From contig JBBIMK010000005.1 of NCBI GenBank assembly GCA_037444445.1, forward strand, positions 30,001 through 62,000: a stretch of 32,000 nt of DNA, in the 5' to 3' direction. The translations under genes and the position numbers were made by a program. Of the stretch, positions 7,913-17,300 are shown piece by piece. Each line of letters opens with the position of its first letter. Positions within the stretch are counted from its first letter, which is position 1. This DNA comes from a bacterium. GTDB lineage: Bacteria; UBP7; UBA6624; JBBIMK01. A model generated the notes under the pieces. The model made no database searches, had not been told where the DNA came from, and worked only from the letters and a program-made list of their open reading frames with translations.

Positions 7913-8827
7913 ATGATTTATGACCCATTAAAAGAGATTCAGTGGTTGTGGTATTTTTTGGTGGGGCTGGCGGGAGGAAGTTTTTTGAATGTGCTGGTCT
8001 ACCGCTTACCACACATAGGAGAAGAGGGGCTTTCCCTGTTCTGGCCACCTTCCTTTTGCCCCGCCTGCGGAAGTCGCATACTTTTGCACGACAATATCCC
8101 CCTTTTGAGTTATTTGAACCTCCGGGGTAAATGCCGAAACTGCGGTGCCACCATACCCTGGCGTTACCCCTTTATAGAAGCCTTAACCGCCTTCTTCTTT
8201 TTAGCGGTCTACTATTCCTTCCCCAGCTACAACCACTTTCAGAGAGGGTATGATTTAATTTTTATTTCCCTGTTAATCGCCATTGCATGGATAGATGCAG
8301 AAACCCATTATGTTTATACCACCCTGCCCTACACTGGAATTTTCATTGGTGTGGTGGGTCGGTTACTTTTTCATCCTCCCCTATCCCAGGTTCTGGATGC
8401 CCTGCTGGGCTCACTCACCTTCGTTCTTCCCATCCTTCTTATGATGTATGGTGGGCGGAGCCTCCTGATTTTCTCCCGCCGGGTGTTAAGCCTTTTCAAA
8501 TTTTTTTGGGGAGGAAAAGAAATTCTTTCTCCCCATATTCCCAGAGAAGTTATGGGAACGGGGGATGTGTTCATTGCCCTGATGTCCGGTGCATTCCTCG
8601 GCTGGAAATTAAGCCTTGTGGCCATTTTTCTGAGTATTCTATCCGGCGCCCTGTTCGCCGCAGGCCTGTATTTTCTCTGCTCCAGAACGGGCAAAAAAGA
8701 TGGCTACATCCCTTATAAAGAAATCCCGTTTGGGCCTTATCTCGCCCTTGGAAGTGTCCTCTCTTTATTCTTCGGCTCTTTCCTTCTTGACTGGTATCTG
8801 TATCTCTTTTTCCCCACCCATAGTTGA
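7913..8827 (+). CDS. pilD: Prepilin peptidase (A24 family, PilD/GspO-type)
   Basis: N-terminal Cys-rich region FCPACGSRILLHDNIPLLSYLNLRGKCRNCGATIPWRYPFIEALTA (CxxC...CxxC). Polytopic membrane body with the two aspartate motifs IAWIDAETHYV and GTGDVFIAL. It sits immediately upstream of five prepilin-type genes. Confidence 0.9.
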   Translation: MIYDPLKEIQWLWYFLVGLAGGSFLNVLVYRLPHIGEEGLSLFWPPSFCPACGSRILLHDNIPLLSYLNLRGKCRNCGATIPWRYPFIEALTAFFFLAVYYSFPSYNHFQRGYDLIFISLLIAIAWIDAETHYVYTTLPYTGIFIGVVGRLLFHPPLSQVLDALLGSLTFVLPILLMMYGGRSLLIFSRRVLSLFKFFWGGKEILSPHIPREVMGTGDVFIALMSGAFLGWKLSLVAIFLSILSGALFAAGLYFLCSRTGKKDGYIPYKEIPFGPYLALGSVLSLFFGSFLLDWYLYLFFPTHS

Positions 8828-8890
8828 GCAGGAAGGTGTATTCATTTTCCCGATTATTCAGCGGATTTAAGAGGGTTTGGAAGGGGGGAG

Positions 8891-8919
8891 TTGACAAGTT
8901 GATTTTTATCCTCTATAAT
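8891..8919 (+). promoter_or_regulatory. Consensus sigma70-type promoter for the pseudopilin operon
   Basis: TTGACA (8891-8896), exactly 17 nt spacer, TATAAT (8914-8919). Both hexamers are perfect consensus. It lies 26 nt upstream of ATG 8946, with TAGGAGAGA as RBS. Confidence 0.7.
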
Positions 8920-8945
8920 AAGTAAAGTAGGAGAGATATGCGGGA

Positions 8946-10034
8946 ATGGAAAGGAAGAAAAAAGAAAAGGGATTTACGATAACGGAATTGATGGTAGTGA
9001 TTAGCATCATCGCCATCGTTTTAGGGACGAGCGTGTATACTTTCGTGCGGCATCTTCCGGAGCGTCGCCTCTCCACCTATGCTCGGATGATTTTATCGGA
9101 CCTGCGGTTTGCCGCATTCAAGGCGGCGGCGGATGGCGAACCCTATGTGGTGGAATTTTTCGGGGATTACATCAATCCCTGGCCTCCCACCGCCACACCC
9201 ACTCAACTTTTCTTTTCCGACCTCTACCGAATCTGGAAATACTCGGACTGGTATAAATATTTTAACAATTCTTGTGGAGGCCTGGCTGCCAACATTCACA
9301 AGGCAGGCTTCCCCGTTCCCTTTCTGGTTTACGATATCTTTGATAGTTCTGGAAATACAGACTTAAACCACGACCTGAACACACTCTGCGGGGATGAAAA
9401 TCAGAATGCGTTATCGGAAAGTGAGGTTCCGCTCCCCCTGTTAGAGTATGTGCATGACAACTATGTGGACCCACCGGCTCTGGCTGCTGACCCGGACTGG
9501 CGGTTCATTCGCAGGCTGCAGAGGTTTCAGCGCCGGTATAAAATCCCTTCCGGCGTGGACCTGTTAACCCGGCAGGATGAAACGAATGGCAACTCTTTGT
9601 GGGGCTATTACATCGTGTTCTTCCCTGCCGGCGGGTCTAAAGGGTTTCGGTTCATACCCCACACCGACCCCACAGACCCGGATTATATGAGAGAACCCGA
9701 TGTTGTAGAAACCATCGGAGGTGGCATCTTCTCCCTCGGCATGATTCTCACCAAGCAAGTTGCCCTTCGGATAGAGACGAAAAATCGTGAGGAAGTTCTG
9801 TTGCGGGGAACTGTGCCCCAGCAGGACCTCCCTCGGGCTTACATCCAGGCCCAGCGGTATTGCCAGAATGAGGGGTTTGCACGGGCTATTGAGGTATTGC
9901 TTGCCTCCGGTCAAATTTCCCTGGTCAGCCGAACACCTTTAAATTTTTCCCTCCCATTGAGCAAGAACCCCAACTGCAATATGAACGGGCATGATGGGCT
10001 ACCGCTGGACCCTACGGAGGCCTACTGGAGGTAG
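8946..10034 (+). CDS. Prepilin-type protein, FimT/GspH-like minor pseudopilin, oversized (362 aa)
   Basis: Class III signal MERKKKEKG|FTITELMVVISIIAIVLG (Gly-1, Phe+1, Glu+5). The following helix ...RRLSTYARMILSDLRFAAFKAAADGEPYVVEF resembles the FimT/GspH N-domain. The remaining 250 or so aa have no motif I recognise. Confidence 0.85.
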   Translation: MERKKKEKGFTITELMVVISIIAIVLGTSVYTFVRHLPERRLSTYARMILSDLRFAAFKAAADGEPYVVEFFGDYINPWPPTATPTQLFFSDLYRIWKYSDWYKYFNNSCGGLAANIHKAGFPVPFLVYDIFDSSGNTDLNHDLNTLCGDENQNALSESEVPLPLLEYVHDNYVDPPALAADPDWRFIRRLQRFQRRYKIPSGVDLLTRQDETNGNSLWGYYIVFFPAGGSKGFRFIPHTDPTDPDYMREPDVVETIGGGIFSLGMILTKQVALRIETKNREEVLLRGTVPQQDLPRAYIQAQRYCQNEGFARAIEVLLASGQISLVSRTPLNFSLPLSKNPNCNMNGHDGLPLDPTEAYWR

Positions 10035-10035
10035 G

Positions 10036-11595
10036 ATGATGCGATTTCGCGGGTTTACGATTTTAGAGTTTATGGTGGCGGCGGCGATATTTCTCCTCGT
10101 GGTCATTCCCCTGGCGCGGCTCTATGTTTCCAGCCTGGATGTGGTAAAAAATTCTGAGAATTACACCACCGCACTTCACCTGGCGGAAACCCGTATGCAA
10201 GAGGTGGAGTCTTTCTACTCCAGCAATGTGCCGTTTGGATACGATGGAGGCATACCTCTGGATTTTGACGGCTGTGCCGGGAATCCTTATCACCTGAGGT
10301 ATACAACGGGTGTGGGCTGGCGGCCGGACGACCCCTATGTTCGGCGGATTCGCACCCCCGGAGCCACTGACACTCCTATTCCTCCGGCGGCGGGTGAGCC
10401 CCGCTCCGGTGGTTCCTGGACCACCATTTGCCCCGAATATCTTACCGCTCCACCCGCTTTTACCCCCATCCGTGTGCCTCCATCCGATGGCGATTATTAT
10501 TTTTACAACGATGCAGTGTATATTATGCTGAACCCGGACCGGATTCCCGGGAATGTGAACGATGATACTGCGGAACTATCAGCCATTTCCGCCATCAACG
10601 AGGGGCTGGACCAGGTGCAAATCATCCAGGCTATCATTGCCGCTCGTTTAGACCCGGTGGATGCCTTTGCCATTTACTACGGAAGGCCGGACTTAGACCC
10701 GGTGGCTCGCATTGACGGCATAGAGGATTACAACGAAATCCTGGACCCTTCCCTCCTCACGCGCCTCTCCACCGACACCAATGTGCCCAATCCAGGGTAT
10801 AACGCTTGCACGGATGTGAGATACTTTGATGTTCCCTGGCATCGCTTCGGCTACGCCCGTATCGTGTGCGGGACAGACATTACACCTCCACCTTCTACTC
10901 CGCCTGCGGTGCAGGAATGGGTGTTTGACCCCCGAATTATTATGGATAGCCAGCGGGACGCTGTGGTGGCGGAGATTCGCAACGCCACGAAAACTTATGC
11001 CAACTTCAAACGAATCACGGAAATTACTGGCGTTTTCTATATGGGGGACGACCGAAACGGGGATGGCATCTTTGACCGGAACGATTATCCCAACTGGTGG
11101 CACTTTTATTTTCAAGCCTCAGACCCATATTCTATGAGCCAGCGTGTGTATGGCAGGATGATTCGTGTTTCCGTCTTCTGGCGGACGGGAAAGAAACAGC
11201 CCGACCCGTATAATTCGTTCCGCCAGACCTCCGGGCTTCCCCGTCGCGTGGTGGACTTAGAAAAGAAGGTTCAAATCGTGAAATTCATCGCGGACCCGGA
11301 TAACAACCCCTGCGATGACACTTCAATTTTTTTGGGCATTCCCGACCCTTCCTCGGGGTCTTCACGCGTTACAGACGCCTATGCGGCTTCCCGCCACACT
11401 CCTGGACCCGTTTTCAACGATGGCTTTTTGAGTTTCTCCACCACGACGAGCGATCCCGCCTACCCATACGACCATGCGGATGAGCGGTTTGTAACGGAAT
11501 ACAGCCCTCCGATGAGCCTGGAACCTGCCCGCCTGGGTGTAAATTCCACCAGCCCGGAGCACTTCCTGGACCCCCAGTGCGTCATTCAGAGGTAA
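10036..11595 (+). CDS. Prepilin-type protein, PilV/GspI-like minor pseudopilin, oversized (519 aa)
   Basis: Start set at ATG 10036 (GGAGG at 10027-10031; 1 nt after the upstream stop TAG 10032-10034). Signal MMRFRG|FTILEFMVAAAIFLLVV with Glu+5, followed by SENYTTALHLAETRMQEVESF (PilV/GspI-like). Contains the Ca-loop-like DDRNGDGIFDRND (11047-11085). Confidence 0.8.
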   Translation: MMRFRGFTILEFMVAAAIFLLVVIPLARLYVSSLDVVKNSENYTTALHLAETRMQEVESFYSSNVPFGYDGGIPLDFDGCAGNPYHLRYTTGVGWRPDDPYVRRIRTPGATDTPIPPAAGEPRSGGSWTTICPEYLTAPPAFTPIRVPPSDGDYYFYNDAVYIMLNPDRIPGNVNDDTAELSAISAINEGLDQVQIIQAIIAARLDPVDAFAIYYGRPDLDPVARIDGIEDYNEILDPSLLTRLSTDTNVPNPGYNACTDVRYFDVPWHRFGYARIVCGTDITPPPSTPPAVQEWVFDPRIIMDSQRDAVVAEIRNATKTYANFKRITEITGVFYMGDDRNGDGIFDRNDYPNWWHFYFQASDPYSMSQRVYGRMIRVSVFWRTGKKQPDPYNSFRQTSGLPRRVVDLEKKVQIVKFIADPDNNPCDDTSIFLGIPDPSSGSSRVTDAYAASRHTPGPVFNDGFLSFSTTTSDPAYPYDHADERFVTEYSPPMSLEPARLGVNSTSPEHFLDPQCVIQR

Positions 11596-11673
11596 CCCTG
11601 AGGAAAAGATAAGATGATGAGATGAGGTATGAAAATGAGAAAACGAAAAAAAGATGAAAAGGGGGCGAAGTAG

Positions 11674-12825
11674 ATGAGCCGAAAAAAAATGTCTGTGTAT
11701 GGGTTTACACTGGTGGAACTCCTGGTGGTGATTACCATCATCGGGATTCTTATCGGGCTTGCCCTTCCGGCTTATAACCGGGTTAAGGAAGCGGCCCTGG
11801 AACTGCGAGTGGAAAACAACATCCATGCCATTGATGTGGCACTCCAGTCCTTCTCCACCAAGAACAACGGCTGGTATCCCGGGGTGGCATATGATATAGA
11901 CGGGGTGCTGGACTGCGTGGGTGGCGATGGTATTCCAGAGCGGAGTTTCTCCTGCGATGATACGATAGGAAATGCTCATCCGGGAGTTTTCCCCAGTGCG
12001 GGCATCCTCGGCGGGCGGATGGACCTGATGATTACTCCGGGAAGAGGTCCATTTATGACCGGCAGTTCCAATCCGGACCGGAGCCTGTGGGACCGCCTGT
12101 ATCTGGATGGGGATCTGGAAACTTATCCGCTGAATCCTTTCCGCACCACAGAGAACAACCTCCGCCCGATGATGAATGTTTTTGAGGTTATGGTGACCTC
12201 TGGCGCAGGGCCTGCTCGGGGCTGGGTGCTGGAATGCCTCAGCCTGCCCGATGTGCTCCCCACTTCCCTTATGACCAATTCTGGCTGGTATACCGATGAA
12301 CGGTTTAATAACACCGCACGACCCATTACTGGCACACCGGGTAGATTTGTCATCGGCGGGACCACCGGTTCCCCTGCCACCTGCGATGACCTCACCTACA
12401 ATCTCGGAAATGGCTGGGAGCCCGGCTGGGCTAACCCCAATAACTATCCTTCCGGCGATTTTTCCTACATCCCCTTAGACCCGGTGGAAAATCCGGACCG
12501 GAATAATGACGGTGTTCCGGATAATGCGATGTATATGGTTTTCGTCCAGAACTATTTTCTGATAGGCTACGGAGCCAGGCGCTCGTGGGATTCCAAGAAG
12601 GTGGTGAACTGGGAAGCCATCGCGGATTCCAATGGGGATAATATCCCCCTGGGGGCCGGGGATGGGCTGAAATTCTATGCCCCTCTGGGGCGCATCAACC
12701 CTGCTGACCTCTCTACGGTGAACGGCACTCCTGTACCCTATGAAGTTCATGCACTTCGGGCACTCCGGGGAGCCATTGTAGTTCAAGCCTCCGCTTACAA
12801 CGACCAGTTAACGGCGGCCCGATAA
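11674..12825 (+). CDS. Prepilin-type protein, GspG/PilA-like candidate major subunit, oversized (383 aa)
   Basis: MSRKKMSVYG|FTLVELLVVITIIGILIGLALPAYNRVKEAALELRVENNIHAIDVALQSFSTKNNGWYPG closely follows the GspG/major pilin N-terminal consensus. RBS GGGGG lies 8 nt upstream. Contains DRNNDGVPDN (12496-12525). Confidence 0.85.
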   Translation: MSRKKMSVYGFTLVELLVVITIIGILIGLALPAYNRVKEAALELRVENNIHAIDVALQSFSTKNNGWYPGVAYDIDGVLDCVGGDGIPERSFSCDDTIGNAHPGVFPSAGILGGRMDLMITPGRGPFMTGSSNPDRSLWDRLYLDGDLETYPLNPFRTTENNLRPMMNVFEVMVTSGAGPARGWVLECLSLPDVLPTSLMTNSGWYTDERFNNTARPITGTPGRFVIGGTTGSPATCDDLTYNLGNGWEPGWANPNNYPSGDFSYIPLDPVENPDRNNDGVPDNAMYMVFVQNYFLIGYGARRSWDSKKVVNWEAIADSNGDNIPLGAGDGLKFYAPLGRINPADLSTVNGTPVPYEVHALRALRGAIVVQASAYNDQLTAAR

Positions 12826-12839
12826 AACAGGGAAAAGGG

Positions 12840-14369
12840 ATGAAGAGAAAGACGACAGCCGGGTACACCCTGGTGGAACTCCTGGTGGTGCTCGCCCTTC
12901 TGGGTATCTTTCTGACCATCTTTGTGGCAGTGGTGAAAATCACTATGAATACGGTTCGCACCGTGGAAGGGCGAACAGATGCGGGTCAGAAAGCGCGGGT
13001 TGCCCTCGCATTCATCAAGTCTCGCTTGCAGGAAGCGACCTCTTTTGATGTGGGATTTCAGCAGTTAAATCTCACGGGTGGAGGCAGCACCCCGAGAGCA
13101 GATAAAAGCCCCTACTTTGACTATCTGAACATCTCAGGACCTCACACAGAGCCAACCCCTCCAGCCTCTCATCCTCCTCTGGTTCGCAATGATTTTCTGG
13201 ATACTTCTGAGATTTCAGGGGCTTGGTGGGACTTTATAGAGTTAAATCCCAACCCGTGGGTTCCTCCCCCACCCCGCAGTATTAACTGGCATATGCGGTA
13301 TGAGCCTCCCCAGGCGTTTGGCGACCCGGACAACGATTTTCAGCCCTACGACCCTGTGCAGGGGACGGGCTATCCGGATGCCAACTGGAATGTAGATGAC
13401 CGGAATCCGGCGCAGGATTGCCCTGCCCCGAGCGGTTATACGAGTTTAACGGCGTGCACGGGGTCTCTGCGCCCTCGCTACCAGACTGGATACGAGGATT
13501 TAGACGGAAGCGGGATTCTGGACCGGATATGGGAGTCATATGTGCGGACGCTGGTGTTTGAGATTCAGCCGCCTTTCCCTCCCACGGTGGCGGAGCCCGT
13601 GTGCCTGAACGTCTCCCCAGCGATTAGACGAGCGGCGGAAGTAGAGCGGGACATCATCACCCTCGCCCACACCTGGAAAGAAAAAACTTTCTGGTATGAT
13701 GAAAACTGGAACGGTATCGTGGAGCCCCAGGAAACACGCACCTATGACTTCGTCCTGTATGAGCGCCGCACGAGATATTTCAAAGACCCCACCATCAATC
13801 TGGACCTGAACTGTGACGGTGTGGTAGTAACGGACCGCACGATAGACGACTATGACGAACGCTTCCGAACCATTGAACTTCCCGTCGTCCACGGGATTAT
13901 AGATGTTCAGTTTCGCTTCTTTGATGGGAATAATCATGAAGTCAAACCCTGCACCAGCCTGGACGGGGTTCCGTCCAGCAATGGCTGGTCCTGCTATATT
14001 GACCCCACCCGTTTTCCTTCCTACACCTTCCCTAACCCTGCCTTTCGTCCACTGGGCCTGTTTTATCGGGTTCATTACTGCGTGAATCGGGCAGAAGATT
14101 GCGCCGAGGACTCTCTGTCGACCATCCTGGGTGCCATCAGGTCAGTGGAAATCACCGTGGTGGCGGGCTCTGATGATACCCTGAACCTGATGCGAAGGAC
14201 CCGGGATGTCAACGGAGTCATTCTCTCCAATCTGACCAATGTGGACCCGAAGGTCGTTGGCGCCGTGGATTATCTGGGTGCCACTCCCTATTCTAACCTG
14301 TATGTTCCAGGAAATCTGGTGGTGCTCAAAGAGCGGGTCTACTTGCCCACTCTTTTTGTGGTGCCATAA
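12840..14369 (+). CDS. Prepilin-type protein, PilW/GspJ-like minor pseudopilin, oversized (509 aa)
   Basis: MKRKTTAG|YTLVELLVVLALLGIFLTIF with Glu+5 (Tyr at +1), then ...GQKARVALAFIKSRLQEAT as in PilW/GspJ. Contains DLDGSGILDR (13497-13526) and DLNCDGVVVTDR (13803-13838). Confidence 0.8.
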   Translation: MKRKTTAGYTLVELLVVLALLGIFLTIFVAVVKITMNTVRTVEGRTDAGQKARVALAFIKSRLQEATSFDVGFQQLNLTGGGSTPRADKSPYFDYLNISGPHTEPTPPASHPPLVRNDFLDTSEISGAWWDFIELNPNPWVPPPPRSINWHMRYEPPQAFGDPDNDFQPYDPVQGTGYPDANWNVDDRNPAQDCPAPSGYTSLTACTGSLRPRYQTGYEDLDGSGILDRIWESYVRTLVFEIQPPFPPTVAEPVCLNVSPAIRRAAEVERDIITLAHTWKEKTFWYDENWNGIVEPQETRTYDFVLYERRTRYFKDPTINLDLNCDGVVVTDRTIDDYDERFRTIELPVVHGIIDVQFRFFDGNNHEVKPCTSLDGVPSSNGWSCYIDPTRFPSYTFPNPAFRPLGLFYRVHYCVNRAEDCAEDSLSTILGAIRSVEITVVAGSDDTLNLMRRTRDVNGVILSNLTNVDPKVVGAVDYLGATPYSNLYVPGNLVVLKERVYLPTLFVVP

Positions 14370-14380
14370 GAGGTGAGAAT

Positions 14381-17300
14381 ATGTTCAGAAAGCAACAGAA
14401 AAGAACCGCCTTCTTGCGGGTAAAACAAAAGGGGATTGCCCTTCTGGCAGTGCTGGTGTTCGTGGCTTTTGCTATGCCCATTGTGGTGATTCTCCTCTCT
14501 CTGACCGCTGTGGAGGCTCAATTTCCTAAAGCGGAAATTACCACAAGGACCACAGAAGAGGTATCCAATGCGGGGTTTCAGGATTTTTTACAGCATCTGT
14601 TCACTTCGGCCCCACGGTTTTTATGGCAGTGTGATGCAGTGGGCGCAAGAGCCAACGATGACTATCGGTATTACTCTCCATTTCTAACCGTAGATTCACT
14701 GGCTTCTTTTTGGATTCGGTATCCTTTTTTACAGCCTGCGGAAGTGTATGATCCTGACATAACCTCCCGGTTTCGCACGGCGAATTCTCTGACCGTTTAC
14801 CCGTATTATGAATGGATGGACCTGGCGGACCCCTATTGTGAGCCTGACGCCGGGCTGGGTGGAGGCACACCTGCCGCCGGGGTGAGAACCCATCTATTTC
14901 TCGCCTTTATGCCCTTTGGCAAGCGGTCTATAGCCTTTGACATCCCGGACCCGCTGGGGCTTGACCTGAGGTCTTACATTAACTTTGCACCCGGTGACCC
15001 CTGGAATCTCACGGGCAGGATGAATAGTATGCCGGTTCCCAATCAACCACTATTTAACCTTCTATCGCTGGTGAATGATGCGAAACGCGCTCCCTATGAA
15101 TTTTTTATCGCCGGTGATACCGACCCGCAAGCCAACCATCCTTACAATCCCTACGAGCGGGTGGAGAATAGCGGATTTCCCACTTCCGTCTGGCCTTATG
15201 ACCCCGTCCTACCGGGTGAAGGCTTCTCCCTCCCTGTCCGCGGAAGCATTCTATCGGACCCGGATACGGGCAGACCGTTAGAAAATCCTTTGCCCACTTC
15301 CAATCACCTTTCCTACGATGCGGGAGTAGACATTGTTCCCACCGGGTTTGAGGTGTCAGCCACGGATGAAGGCTCCCGTTTCCCTCTGTATGACTTCTAC
15401 CACAACCCCGATGATGGGTATTTCTTCAACCCGCTTCCCAATCCTGACCCGGCTACCAGCCTGCCTTCCCGGCGCTTCCTGGATAACCTGAACAACACCA
15501 GCTGGGTCAATACAGGCTACATTCAGCAGCATGTGGCGCTGGGCTGGCTGATTAAAGGGTTCGGCACGGATCCGGCGGCGAGCAGGTCCAAAAATCGTGC
15601 TCTCCTCTCGTATATGACTTATTATGATATGGGTGATGTGGGGGCCCCTCCCGGTGCCTCCGACCCCCAGGTGGTGAACAACACAAGGGATGATTACGAT
15701 GGAAACGGATATGTGGATGAGCCTATGCGACCTTTCCCCGGCGATTTGAAAGAAATTCAGGATGTGAACCTGGTAAAAGATACAGGCGAGAGAAGGGGCT
15801 CTGGAATTGGTCCTGCTGTCTTTTCCTGGATAAAGCATCTGGTCACACTCTACTCCGCCCCCGCGGAACAACTCAGCACTCTGGTGAATGACCCCATTAT
15901 CACAGAATTGCTGTTTGGACAGGGTAGTCTTCCCTGCACTTCGTTCACCATTTACTCCGATAAAGCCTTCCATTATTGCACTCTTTTTGACCTGTATACG
16001 CCGATTCAAGACCAGCCTGCCCCAGGACAGCCCGGCTGGCCCACCACGAACACCTGCACCTCATTCAGGGATTTAGACGGGGATGGAAATCCAGACACGC
16101 CTCAGGATTGCCTCCTGGCTTTCACTGACACGAATGCAAACAAGAACTTGAATGATACCCTCAACTGGATGACTGCGTTCGGGCAGGGAGATGGTAATGC
16201 CAACAACAACATTGTGGACCCGGAAACTTTTTATAACTTTCTGACAAACACGAATTCTACCGTTGCAGTCGAATTAACACCTCTTCATGACCTTTTGATG
16301 AGATACCTCTCGCCTTTTTTCCCTGCTCCGTTCGACTACTTTCAAGATTTGCTTGCCCGTAGAGTGTTAGGGCACTGGGCGGCGTGGCAGTATTTTTTCC
16401 GCTATTCCCTTACGCCCAATACTAACAATTGCTTTGGCATCAACGGGCTGGACGGAGACGACGATATGAAGCTCGCCCGGTATCACGGCATTGCGGATTC
16501 CCTCATCCCCATTCCTACAGTAGGACCCTGGTTTGACCCGGGGAATGTGACGGAAGCCTGTGGGACCACCACTTCCGGCGACCCGATGGATTTTCCATCT
16601 TTAGTTGTGGGGGTAGATTTAGGCTGTGGATTCAATCCTGGTGACCCTCCACCCTGCCCACCCGGTCAGTCTAATGGCATATTGGAAGTTGACCCAAATG
16701 ACCCCTACTGCGACAATTTAAGTCAGAATGGACTGGGGGCGGGTAATCCTCCTGTGTATCCGGACTGTTACCAGCCTCTGATAGAAGATGGGCTCCTCAT
16801 CCGCCCCGCTTTCATCGTACCAGACCGATTGCCTCAAGGCCTCAGTTTTGACGCGAGTAATCCCATCCCCGGGAGTATCCGCCTGACCGATGAATTAATC
16901 CTTTTTGAAATACTTTCCTCCATCGCTTATGCGGATTCGCCCTACCGAACTTACTTAGACTCCGACCTGGACAGCAGGGACGATAATAATGGACCTGGGA
17001 ATCCCCCTGACCCATTCCCGGTGAATGACATCTGCGACCCTCAGGGGATGCGGGTTCAGGTGGGCGCCTCTATCTTAAATAGCAGTAGCCAGAATAGCGG
17101 ATATTATGAGGCGGACGGACGGGATACACCGGGGGTGGGGGCTTCCTGCTCTAATCCACCCGGGGGAACCCTGCCCGATGGATGGCTAAACCAGGACCCG
17201 GCAAATGCTCGACCCCTGTATTTCCGGGGGAAAATCAACATCAACACCGCTCCCTTCCCGGTTTTGAAAGCCCTGTTCGCCAAACTCCTGACGGATGATG

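Noticed and set aside
7858-7914. Longer start (ATG 7914) for the second crotonase gene, as in the ORF track
   Set aside because: It adds a basic, non-conserved 19-aa extension and would overlap the divergent pilD start codon. ATG 7857 has a strong GGAGAGGAG RBS and gives the normal crotonase N-terminus.
9991-10035. ORF-track start 9991 for the PilV-like pseudopilin
   Set aside because: It would add 15 aa overlapping the upstream gene. ATG 10036 follows GGAGG and yields a normal short prepilin leader (MMRFRG|F).
11671-11673. TAG between the uORF and the GspG-like gene as a recoded or read-through codon extending the prepilin leader
   Set aside because: TAG is used as an ordinary stop elsewhere in the window (GntR gene at 5313-5315, first pseudopilin at 10032-10034, aminotransferase at 31791-31793). 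ATG 11674 also has its own SD.
11362-11979. 205-aa minus-strand ORF spanning the junction of two pseudopilin genes
   Set aside because: It is antisense to two well-supported prepilin genes and their intergenic RBS. The sequence is non-protein-like (His/Phe/Ser runs) and has no motif.
13536-14075. 179-aa minus-strand ORF inside the PilW-like gene
   Set aside because: It is an antisense artefact with no motifs and no RBS, and the sense gene has a clear prepilin signal.
15356-16009. 217-aa antisense ORF inside the GspK-like gene that even contains a Walker-A-like string (GERSAGKTT)
   Set aside because: Its composition (Ile/Val/Arg/Gly/His rich) is what the antisense of an Asp/Asn/Pro-rich gene produces. 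No Walker B or other NTPase motif follows. A four-position GxxxxGK[ST] match is expected by chance a few times in six frames of 32 kb. The sense-strand gene is strongly supported.
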